Part shown: piece by piece, positions 46,845-55,412 of the stretch | How positions within the stretch are numbered: position 1 is the first letter of the stretch | Layout: every line of letters begins with the position of its first letter | DNA from: an uncultured Planctomycetales bacterium | GTDB lineage: Bacteria; Omnitrophota; Gorgyraeia; Zapsychrales; JANLHA01 | NCBI GenBank assembly: GCA_964474085.1 | Contig: CAYYRJ010000002.1 | Coordinates: 6,110 to 70,109, forward strand | Direction of reading: 5' to 3' | DNA length: 64,000 bases | Program-made: the position numbers and the translations under genes | The notes under the pieces: model-generated | What the model was told of the DNA's origin: nothing | Databases searched by the model: none | Seen by the model: the letters and a program-made list of their open reading frames with translations, nothing else

Positions 46845-48590
46845 TTATTTTGTTTTTCGCGGCAATTTTTCCAAAGCTCGAATCAAAACATCGACTTCTT
46901 CTCTGGTATTATAAAAAGCTAAAGACGGTCTGACTGTTGTGTCTAAACCAAATCGCCGCAATGAAGGTTGCGCGCAATGATGACCCGCGCGCACGGCAAT
47001 CCCATGTTCGTCTAAATACTTTCCGATTTCTACCGGCGTATACCCTTCCCTAACAAATGATAAAACGCCAGCCTTGTTTACCGCTGTGCCTATCAAACGC
47101 AATCCGGGAATAGTTTCCAAGCCCGCCGTCGCGTACTCTAAAAGCTCATGCTCATACGCCGCGATAGCCGCTAAACCGGTGCGCATCAAATATTCAACAG
47201 CAGCACCTAAACCAACAACGCCGGCAATATTTGGCGTGCCAGCTTCAAATTTATTGGGCAGACCTTCAAAAGTTGTTTTTGTAAACGTAACTTCTTTAAT
47301 CATATTGCCCCCGCCCTGCCACGGCGGCATACTTTCCAATAAAGCCTTTTTCCCGTACAAAACACCAATTCCCGTCGGGCCAAAAATTTTATGTCCTGAA
47401 AATGTAAAGAAATCTGCGTCCATCGCCTGAACATTGACCGGCATGTGCGGGGTCGATTGCGCGCCGTCAACGAGAACAGGGACGCCATGCGCGTGAGACA
47501 AAGCAATGATCTCTTCAACAGGATTAACCGTGCCCAAAGCATTAGCAACTTGTGTAATAGAAACGAACTTTGTCCGCGAACTAAAAAGCGCAGCAAATTG
47601 TTCTAAAAGCAACTCCCCTTTATCATTGATTGGCGCAACCCGAATGACAGCCCCCGTCTGTTTCGCAAGCATTTGCCACGGGACAATATTCGCGTGATGT
47701 TCCATGGTCGTAATAATAATTTCGTCGCCTGCGCCAATATTTTCGCGGCCATAGGATTGAGCAACAAGATTAATAGCTTCCGTCGTGCCGCGCACAAAAA
47801 TAATCTCTTGCGGCAAAGCCGCCCCCAAGAATTGACGGACTTTTTCTCTGGCTCCCTCATAAAGGTCAGTCGCCCTCGCTGCTAAAGCGTGCGCAGCGCG
47901 GTGAATATTAGAATTGTCGCGACCATAAAAACGGGATGTCGCTTCAATAACACATAAGGGCTTATGCGTTGTTGCGGCATTATCTAACCAAATGAGCGGT
48001 TTACCATTAACGCTTTGGTGTAAAGCCGGAAAATCGCGGCGCACCGACTGAACATCAAAATTCGTTTTAGCCACCGGCGGCTTAAGCGGCCATTGCGTCG
48101 AGGAAACAACTGGGTCAACATCTTCTTGATTAAGAAAATACAATGAATGCGCATCCTGTTTTTCGGCTTTAGTCTTAAAAGTTTCGCTGTGGCGCGAAAC
48201 TTCGTGCGTCCCTTCTTCTTCAAGACGCGGTTCGCCGAATTGATACGAGTCAACTGCGCCGGGCGAATATTCGCCGGAGTCAACAGATTTCGCATCAGAA
48301 AATTCTTCAGCAGCCGGATGAACCGGCGGCGCATAGGCCTCGGTTTTAGCCGGATAAACACCAGCCAGACCATTATCTTTTGCCACTGACCTTCCATCAA
48401 CACTCTGGGTGCTAATGGGTGCCGAGACATTCATAAATTCTGAATAAAACTCATTTGCCAAACGCGTGATCAATTTTGTGTCAAACGGATCCTCTCTGGA
48501 CGCCAGAGCTTGTGATTGATTCGGATTAGGATTTGTCATAGCTATGATAATTGTTGATCTCAACATTTTGAAGTTGCGCAATCGCGTCAT
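46845..48590 (-). CDS. SufS/CsdA-type cysteine desulfurase with about 190-aa intrinsically disordered N-terminal extension (candidate encapsulin cargo-loading domain)
   Basis: PLP-lysine motif SGHKIFGPTGIGVLYGK, TTMEHHANIVPWQ, active-site Cys RAGHHCAQPSLRRFGL; N-terminal 190 aa is Pro/Ser/Glu/Ala-rich low complexity; start ambiguous (48590, 48566 or 48539), all overlapping the upstream shell gene. Confidence 0.85.
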   Translation of the reverse strand: MTRLRNFKMLRSTIIIAMTNPNPNQSQALASREDPFDTKLITRLANEFYSEFMNVSAPISTQSVDGRSVAKDNGLAGVYPAKTEAYAPPVHPAAEEFSDAKSVDSGEYSPGAVDSYQFGEPRLEEEGTHEVSRHSETFKTKAEKQDAHSLYFLNQEDVDPVVSSTQWPLKPPVAKTNFDVQSVRRDFPALHQSVNGKPLIWLDNAATTHKPLCVIEATSRFYGRDNSNIHRAAHALAARATDLYEGAREKVRQFLGAALPQEIIFVRGTTEAINLVAQSYGRENIGAGDEIIITTMEHHANIVPWQMLAKQTGAVIRVAPINDKGELLLEQFAALFSSRTKFVSITQVANALGTVNPVEEIIALSHAHGVPVLVDGAQSTPHMPVNVQAMDADFFTFSGHKIFGPTGIGVLYGKKALLESMPPWQGGGNMIKEVTFTKTTFEGLPNKFEAGTPNIAGVVGLGAAVEYLMRTGLAAIAAYEHELLEYATAGLETIPGLRLIGTAVNKAGVLSFVREGYTPVEIGKYLDEHGIAVRAGHHCAQPSLRRFGLDTTVRPSLAFYNTREEVDVLIRALEKLPRKTK

Positions 48591-49503
48591 CTGTTAATAC
48601 TGCCGCCGAAAAATAACGGGTAACCAAATGCGAAGCGATCGAATATTCATTAGTGCTCATATACCGGACGGAAAGACCGTCTTCAATTTCACCGGCCACA
48701 CCCGCCTTTTGCAAACCAACGACGCCTTGTTCGTTTTCACCGACGCGTAACAATAAAATACTTGTCGTGGCGGTATTTTTGTTGACTTTAAGCGCCAATT
48801 TATCGCTGGGCACCAAGGGAACCCCGCGCCAAGTTAAAAACGGAACCCCAAAAAGCTGCACTGTCGGCGGAGGAACTCCGCGTCGGGTACATTCCCGGCC
48901 AAAAGCCGCTATCGCCTTAGGATGAGCCAAAAAGAAAGCCGGTTTTTTCCAAACTAAACTTAAAAGTTCATCCAAATCATCAGGCGTAGGCGATCCTTTT
49001 CGGGTGCTGATTGTCTGGTCGGAAGAAATCTCACGAATAAGTCCAAAATCCGGATTGTTGATCAGCTCCCACTCTTCTCTTTCCTTAAGAGCTTCGATAA
49101 TCAAGCGGATCTGCTCGCGCAATTGGTCAATCTTATTGCTGTAAAGATCCGTGACGCGCGTATGCGTATGAACGACGGTTTGAATCGTGCTCAAATGAAT
49201 TTCTCGGGGATGTTTTTCATAATTGACAAAAGTCGTCGGCAATTTGGGTTCGCCGCTTTCAACCGTCAAGAGATCAACCTTGGCCTCGCCATGTCCGCCC
49301 GGACTATTGTCATCTTTAGATTTTGAAACACGATTCAAACGGTAAACACCGCCATCAATATGCACATACGGCAAAAGACGCAACAGCCAACGCGGGGTAA
49401 TCTGCGCCATTTGCGGGACCGTAACCGTCGCGGTCGCGAGATTGCGCGCAACAAAAGCGCTTAAACTTAATTGTGGATGGGATTGATCTGATGACTTTAC
49501 CAT
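48526..49503 (-). CDS. candidate Family 2A encapsulin shell protein (HK97-fold nanocompartment), context-based call
   Basis: 325-aa soluble protein immediately upstream of and overlapping a cysteine desulfurase with a long disordered N-terminal domain, followed by a long-form CysE. This gene order matches the described Family 2A encapsulin sulfur-storage operons; no domain recognisable by eye. Confidence 0.5.
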   Translation of the reverse strand: MVKSSDQSHPQLSLSAFVARNLATATVTVPQMAQITPRWLLRLLPYVHIDGGVYRLNRVSKSKDDNSPGGHGEAKVDLLTVESGEPKLPTTFVNYEKHPREIHLSTIQTVVHTHTRVTDLYSNKIDQLREQIRLIIEALKEREEWELINNPDFGLIREISSDQTISTRKGSPTPDDLDELLSLVWKKPAFFLAHPKAIAAFGRECTRRGVPPPTVQLFGVPFLTWRGVPLVPSDKLALKVNKNTATTSILLLRVGENEQGVVGLQKAGVAGEIEDGLSVRYMSTNEYSIASHLVTRYFSAAVLTDDAIAQLQNVEINNYHSYDKS

Positions 49504-49830
49504 AACGTTTCCTTTTCTGTTAAAAACTGCTAATAATAAAATAAAAAACCCACTGCCGTGTAAATTCGGTAGTGGGTTGTCCCATCCTACAAAACTATTT
49601 AAATTATGACCTGCAGAAAAAAATATTGGACATTGGTGTTTCCAGCCGTCCTGTAGTCTCGTGACTTAGGGACTTTATAACACAGACAATTAGTAAACGT
49701 CAAATATTATTTCAGAATGCCCTCACAAAAATACACTCATGAAAAGTCAACTGCAACTTATCGTGCCACAAAAATTTGACTTTCCCAAAAAACTATCGTA
49801 TTTGATCTTCTGATTTCATTTAACGCTAAA

Positions 49831-50727
49831 CTACAACCAACAATCTGACTCGTGCTCAACATCAAATTTATAAATCAACTGGATTCGTTTTTTTATCTCG
49901 ATCAATTTGGGGTCAGTTCTTATTCTTGGTCTTGGCAGAGCAACAGGAATGGTGTTACGGATCGATCCTGGCGCCCTTGAAAATACAATAATCTCATCTG
50001 ATAGATAGACAGCTTCGTCCAAATCGTGTGTCACAAGAACAATAGTCTTACCAGTTAAACTCCAAATTTTTAAAAGGTCATCCTGAAGATCCTCTCGACT
50101 TTGAGTATCGACCGCGGCAAATGGTTCATCCATTAATATAATTTCAGGCTCAAAGGATATTGCTCTTGCCAGCGCAAGTCTCTGACGCATTCCACCCGAA
50201 AGCTGAGATGGATACTTATTTCTTGATGCCTCAAGTCCAACCCCCCTCAAATATTGTCGAGCCAAATATTCGCGTTCAGAAACCGAAACCCCACGCATAC
50301 GCAATGTAAAAGTAACATTTTCAAGCGCTGTCATCCACGGGAACACAGCATAATCTTGAAAGATCATGGCAATATCGTGGCGTGACCGATCTTTTACCAA
50401 ACTATTGGATATAGGAGAAAGAAACCGATACTTCTTGCGATAAGCCTCAATTTCATCTCTTGATGCAGGCAACGGTTCGAGAACCAGCTTGCCATTGATA
50501 TAAACTTGTCCGTCCGACGGCGCCTGAAGCCCCGCCAAAATTTCCAAAAACGTTGATTTCCCGCACCCGCTAGGGCCAACCAAGGAAACAATTTTTCCCT
50601 TAGGAATAGAAAGCGAAACAGAATGGACAGCCGTTAATCCTTCCGCTGTCCGGTCGGGATTCACAATAGAAAAAAATTTCGTAATTCCACGCGCTTCAAT
50701 CATACAAATTACCGACCCACTTTCCAA
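49831..50727 (-). CDS. ABC transporter ATP-binding protein, NitT/TauT (sulfonate/nitrate/taurine) family
   Basis: Walker A GPSGCGKST, signature LSGGMRQR, Walker B IILMDEPF; alternative start at 50703 (MIEARGITKFF). Confidence 0.85.
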   Translation of the reverse strand: MESGSVICMIEARGITKFFSIVNPDRTAEGLTAVHSVSLSIPKGKIVSLVGPSGCGKSTFLEILAGLQAPSDGQVYINGKLVLEPLPASRDEIEAYRKKYRFLSPISNSLVKDRSRHDIAMIFQDYAVFPWMTALENVTFTLRMRGVSVSEREYLARQYLRGVGLEASRNKYPSQLSGGMRQRLALARAISFEPEIILMDEPFAAVDTQSREDLQDDLLKIWSLTGKTIVLVTHDLDEAVYLSDEIIVFSRAPGSIRNTIPVALPRPRIRTDPKLIEIKKRIQLIYKFDVEHESDCWL

Positions 50728-51554
50728 ACAGCCAGTTTTAACTCAATAAATTTCATGATTTCAATCAGAAACCACCCGAACGCGCCCAGGACAATCATGC
50801 ATACAACCATACGGCTTATCAAAAAGAAATCCTTGGATTCAACCAATAAAAACCCTATTCCGGTCCGGCCCCCGTTCATTTCTGCAATCACAAGCATCAC
50901 TAAACCAAGTGCAATGCCGATCTTGATCCCCATGATAATCGAACTAAGCGCATGCGGCAAATAGACATACCGTATTAACGTTAATTCGCTAGCCCCAAAT
51001 ACTCTTGCTGAAGCTACATAACGAGGGTCCGTATCTTTAACACCCTGATAAGTATTAAACAGCACCGGATAAAAGACACCAAGAAAAATAAGAAATGTCT
51101 GCATCGGCAATCCAACACCAAAAATGATAATGGTCAAAGGCACCCAAGCTGGCGGCGGTATCGGAGCTAACAATTGAAAAAGAGGCAAGCAATGCTTACG
51201 GATATACAAATTCCAGCCCATAGCTGTTCCGATTGGGAGAGCCAACAACAACGCAAAGAAAAATCCAAAGAAGAATCTTTTCAAACTGTCCGCCAAATGA
51301 CCAAGTAAATTTTTATGCAGTAGCATATCTACAAATGTTTTAGCAACTTCAGACGGGGGAGGAACAAGCGACCGAGGGACAACTCCTATCGAGGGCAAAA
51401 TTTCCCAAAGAATCAAAAGAGGAATAATAACTTTCAAAAACTCTCGTGTCACGAGGCTACCAGCTGAATTCTTCAAAAACAAGAATAATTCACTGCGCAC
51501 CTTGTCGACAAGACGAATTTCGTGTTGGTTATCATCTTTTTTAATATTATCCAT
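50709..51554 (-). CDS. ABC transporter permease, NitT/TauT family (SsuC/TauC-like)
   Basis: 281 aa, six TM helices, conserved permease EAA-like loop region (ARVFGASELTLIRYVYLP). Confidence 0.8.
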   Translation of the reverse strand: MDNIKKDDNQHEIRLVDKVRSELFLFLKNSAGSLVTREFLKVIIPLLILWEILPSIGVVPRSLVPPPSEVAKTFVDMLLHKNLLGHLADSLKRFFFGFFFALLLALPIGTAMGWNLYIRKHCLPLFQLLAPIPPPAWVPLTIIIFGVGLPMQTFLIFLGVFYPVLFNTYQGVKDTDPRYVASARVFGASELTLIRYVYLPHALSSIIMGIKIGIALGLVMLVIAEMNGGRTGIGFLLVESKDFFLISRMVVCMIVLGAFGWFLIEIMKFIELKLAVWKVGR

Positions 51555-51568
51555 GTCTTACAATCCCG

Positions 51569-52489
51569 CTATTTATTTTCATGGCCATGATGATCTTCAC
51601 CTGCAGAATGACGATGTCCCCTTATTGCGTCTAGCATCGCTTGCGTGACATCAGTATATGAAGACAACGGCAACTGCGATAAAGCAGAATCAGGGTAACC
51701 CAAATTCCGGGCAACAGATTTTCTAACGAGTTCAGGCGAAACAGTCTCCGCCAACTTCAAGTCAGCAATCAACTGATCAAATCGTCTGTCCCCCTTTTTT
51801 ACCACAAAAAGCCATTCGATCTGGGCGATGATCGCTGGGCAACATTCATCTCCGGCGGCCACATCCCAATTCTGATACAACAACGAATGGCCCTGTAATT
51901 CTGCCAGTGCCGCATAAGACCCTTTGACCAAAATGGCATCGACCACCCGCGCTTCCAGCGCAGGTAACATCGTGTCAAAAGTCAAAACCGTTGTTTGTAA
52001 GGAATCCACGTTCAGCCCGAGCCTCTTTGCATCCCTACGGAACTGTTTCCAAAGAACACATGACGGACCTGACACCGCAATTTTCTTCCCGACAAGCTCC
52101 GGTAATCTTAAATGAAAATCTTTGCGCATAACCAATGCCGCACCATAAGGGAAAGTGATCGCCCCTTTAAACTCAAACTGCCCCTCCCCACCACGCTCAA
52201 TAAATGCAAAAGTTGTTTTGTCAACAAATCCTGCAGGAATTGATCCCGACAAAAGAGCGATGCCAACATCACTGCTTGACGAAAACCTCTTAGGGGCGAC
52301 CCTTCCGTCTGCTTTCTCTTTTGCCATATCAAGGGCGATGAAAAAAGGTGCTAAAAGAGGGGTGGCGACATATCCAACAACTGGCAACTGCGGACTTTGT
52401 AATGCCTTAATTGCGATCAAAGTCGTAATCAAGACAATAAAGGTCATTAGAAAGACTAGAACTTTGTTTTGATAATATGACGCCACCAC
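51569..52489 (-). CDS. NMT1/THI5-like (SsuA-like) substrate-binding protein with N-terminal membrane anchor
   Basis: N-terminal TM helix, then periplasmic-binding-protein-like sequence; adjacent to the NitT/TauT permease and ATPase. Confidence 0.6.
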   Translation of the reverse strand: MVASYYQNKVLVFLMTFIVLITTLIAIKALQSPQLPVVGYVATPLLAPFFIALDMAKEKADGRVAPKRFSSSSDVGIALLSGSIPAGFVDKTTFAFIERGGEGQFEFKGAITFPYGAALVMRKDFHLRLPELVGKKIAVSGPSCVLWKQFRRDAKRLGLNVDSLQTTVLTFDTMLPALEARVVDAILVKGSYAALAELQGHSLLYQNWDVAAGDECCPAIIAQIEWLFVVKKGDRRFDQLIADLKLAETVSPELVRKSVARNLGYPDSALSQLPLSSYTDVTQAMLDAIRGHRHSAGEDHHGHENK

Positions 52490-52514
52490 GCCTCCACTTA
52501 ATTAGATAACCTTA

Positions 52515-53459
52515 TTACCAAGTCACGTTTTTAAACTCCTCAGCATAAAGCTTGTCACCAGGATTTTCCTTGATCGTACCGATGGCAACTAATTCATCGG
52601 CTAAAGCACCCAAGCCTTCGCGGTCAAGATTCGTCTGAAACTTGAGACGTCCATTACCATGAGCAATGGCATCTTTGGGCGCACCGGTAAATTGCTGGGC
52701 GATCGTAAGGATCTCCTCGGACGTTGGATCGTTTAAAATCAACTCGTTGGCTTTTTGAATTGCTTGAATAAATTTCTTTACCGCGTCGGGATTTTGCTTA
52801 ACGAACGCCTTACGCGCATTGATCGTGCGGCAAGGAATATTGGAAGAAGCATCCTTGAGAATAACCTTGAACCCTTTGAGCTCGGCAATACTGACATGTG
52901 GCTCCTCAAGGATCGCGCCATCGACCTTGCCAGCTTCAAGAGCGGCAATAGCCGGTCCACCAGCCAGTTTTTCAAGATTGAAACTTCCGCCAGCCTCACG
53001 CACTTTCCTGGTATAAGAAATGACCGCTTCGCACGTCGGAGATATTCCGGCGATTTTTTTACCGATCAAATCGCTGTAACTGCGGATCGGAGATCCTTGC
53101 GGAACAACGAGGACTGATGTGCAGGGCTTTTTGACTTGTGCGATAAGGCAGATTGGAGCGCCGTTGGCAGCCGCGCTAATTGCCGCTGTCGGGCAGGTAA
53201 AATAAATATCCGCTGATCCTGAAACCACCAGATCGCGTGACGCCGCGGCGTCCACAACAGGCACAACCGTTACGTCGAGACCTAACTCGGAGAAATACCC
53301 TTTTTCCTTTGCAACGTAAAGATTTAGGTGATGCGTTGTTTTTGCATCAGCTACATAAATCTTCACCGAACCCTGACCCGCTTGTGCACCCGCAGGGACA
53401 GTCGAAAAAAGCAAAGATGCCCCTAAAATAAATGATGTTATTTGATTTGTTTTTTTCAT
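52515..53459 (-). CDS. NMT1/THI5-like (SsuA-like) ABC substrate-binding protein, secreted
   Basis: Signal peptide MKKTNQITSFILGASLLFSTVPAGAQA; KIYVADAKTTHHLNLYVAKEKGYFSELGLDVTVV typical of SsuA/TauA/NMT1 binding proteins. Confidence 0.75.
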   Translation of the reverse strand: MKKTNQITSFILGASLLFSTVPAGAQAGQGSVKIYVADAKTTHHLNLYVAKEKGYFSELGLDVTVVPVVDAAASRDLVVSGSADIYFTCPTAAISAAANGAPICLIAQVKKPCTSVLVVPQGSPIRSYSDLIGKKIAGISPTCEAVISYTRKVREAGGSFNLEKLAGGPAIAALEAGKVDGAILEEPHVSIAELKGFKVILKDASSNIPCRTINARKAFVKQNPDAVKKFIQAIQKANELILNDPTSEEILTIAQQFTGAPKDAIAHGNGRLKFQTNLDREGLGALADELVAIGTIKENPGDKLYAEEFKNVTW

Positions 53460-53533
53460 AAATTTCCCTTTCTTAGATTGATTCTACATAAGAAGCCTTT
53501 ACCAAAAAAATAGAAGGATATATTTGCATCTGT

Positions 53534-54823
53534 TTAAAACTTATACAGGAATGTCGTTTGAACGCGATGAGCATCCGCTTTCTGTTTATCAAACCACTTG
53601 GTATTAAAAGTTTGATACTCAAGAGCCACAAGAATATCCTTGCTTAAGCTGTATTTCACGTTGGTATAGTACGTTTTATTAACATCCCAAAGAGCACTTT
53701 TATCGGCGTTTGAATAAGCAGAATTATCTTTTACATCATCAATACCGATACCAAAGTTAGCTTCGACGTTGTTAACCGGGATGTAAGACAATTCAGCAAA
53801 ACCACCTTTGACTTCAATGGGTTTGCGATTGGCTTCTCCGGTGCGAGAGTCTAGCGTTTGCGCAGGCCCCCCACTGAATTTGTTTAAACCTTTTCCAACG
53901 AAACCTTCACTCTTAAAGGAAAGCCAATCCGTTAATTTAAGCGTCAAACTTACGGTTGTCGCCGCAAGCTCTTCGCTTCCAAGTCCCTTGCCAATAGTGT
54001 TAAACCGACCATAAAGACCGCCAACCCCTAATGTCGATTTAATCCCATAAACTGTTTTATCATATTGGGCATAGGCACCCAAAACCGGCAAACCGGAATC
54101 TTCCTGAACGGAATCATCAGAGTCTAGGGCGCCGACTTTGGTTGTCACAACTCCGCCTAAGGCCTCGCCCCACTTATTAGTGAGCGTAATCTGCGCATGC
54201 CGGACACCGATATTCCCGGATCTAAATAAGTACCCCGGATTCACCAGATTAGGCATTAAAGGGGCTACGAAATCCCAATCCTGCCCCGCCCGTAAACTCC
54301 ATTTCTGAAAAGATAAATCGGCATAGGCTAAACGCAAACGTGGCGTATATGTGCCGACCGTACTCCCACCAAAAAAATCAAATTCTACCTTCCCTGACAA
54401 TTTCCCACCGTTAAATAAATCAGGCGCTTTAAGATTTAAGCCCAACCGTGTATCCTGAGCTGAAAACTGTGTTTCAGGGTCATCTGATACGCTTGGACGA
54501 CTTGCATTGGTTTGAAGTGTTGAATTGACACCATTTCCTCCAGCATCACCACTAGAAAAAACCAAGTCCGTTTTAACCTGACCGTATAACTCAATTTCCC
54601 CCTTTGATTTGACAAAATTTCCTGCGCTAGGATTAGGTTTAGCCTTAAATTCTGATAACTCGTTTTTCTGCACAGCGTTTTCTCTTTCAAGCGAATCAAC
54701 ACGTGACGTAAGAGTCTTTATCTGTGTCACTAAGTCCTCCGTCTGATCTGCTGATGCTGGCATAGCAACACCGACCACCACAAATACGGCAGACCAAAAT
54801 CCTAATAAGTATTTCCTAGTCAT
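53534..54823 (-). CDS. outer-membrane beta-barrel porin-like protein with N-terminal coiled-coil segment
   Basis: Signal peptide (MTRKYLLGFWSAVFVVVGVAMPASA), alternating amphipathic beta-strands, C-terminal aromatic beta-signal ...TTFLYKF; strong RBS AAGGAG before ATG 54823 (tracker start 54883 less likely). Confidence 0.6.
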   Translation of the reverse strand: MTRKYLLGFWSAVFVVVGVAMPASADQTEDLVTQIKTLTSRVDSLERENAVQKNELSEFKAKPNPSAGNFVKSKGEIELYGQVKTDLVFSSGDAGGNGVNSTLQTNASRPSVSDDPETQFSAQDTRLGLNLKAPDLFNGGKLSGKVEFDFFGGSTVGTYTPRLRLAYADLSFQKWSLRAGQDWDFVAPLMPNLVNPGYLFRSGNIGVRHAQITLTNKWGEALGGVVTTKVGALDSDDSVQEDSGLPVLGAYAQYDKTVYGIKSTLGVGGLYGRFNTIGKGLGSEELAATTVSLTLKLTDWLSFKSEGFVGKGLNKFSGGPAQTLDSRTGEANRKPIEVKGGFAELSYIPVNNVEANFGIGIDDVKDNSAYSNADKSALWDVNKTYYTNVKYSLSKDILVALEYQTFNTKWFDKQKADAHRVQTTFLYKF

Positions 54824-55412
54824 TATCTTCTCCTTTTTTTTGTGTTTGACTAATTCACCATTTTGTATGTAATCGCCTAACAAAATGCATTAAGCGTCAT
54901 ATCTCCCCAGAACCAGACCTTAATAAAAAAAGTCCTTATTAAATACCTTTGGGCTCGCAGAGCTTATTGCTCCGTAGTCAATTCAAAAGTTATTTGCCAA
55001 TAATTTTTGGCAAATAAAAAGGCCCAAAACACATTCGGGTTGAACCGAAAATATTTTGAGCCTCCAGATGTCTGGTGAGCCTGTTTATTAATGAAGCTTC
55101 AACACAACAACTTGCCAACTTAAATCACACACGACAAAAACAATTTTTCACAACTCAAACCACAATGCCTACTATCCCTATAGTCTTTATAGGCTTATAA
55201 TTTAGCATAAAAAATTTTCTTGTCAACATTTTTTATTTCCTATTACATTTCAAGAGTAAAAGATATTAAACACAATAACTTACAACTCAAACCGCTTCCT
55301 AAGAAATCTATTAAAAATACACTTAAAACTCCTTGATGAACCTTCTTCGAAAACTTTACGACACAAATCTACAAAAACCCTCAAAATTTCTTTCGCCTCT
55401 CACGATCTAAAT

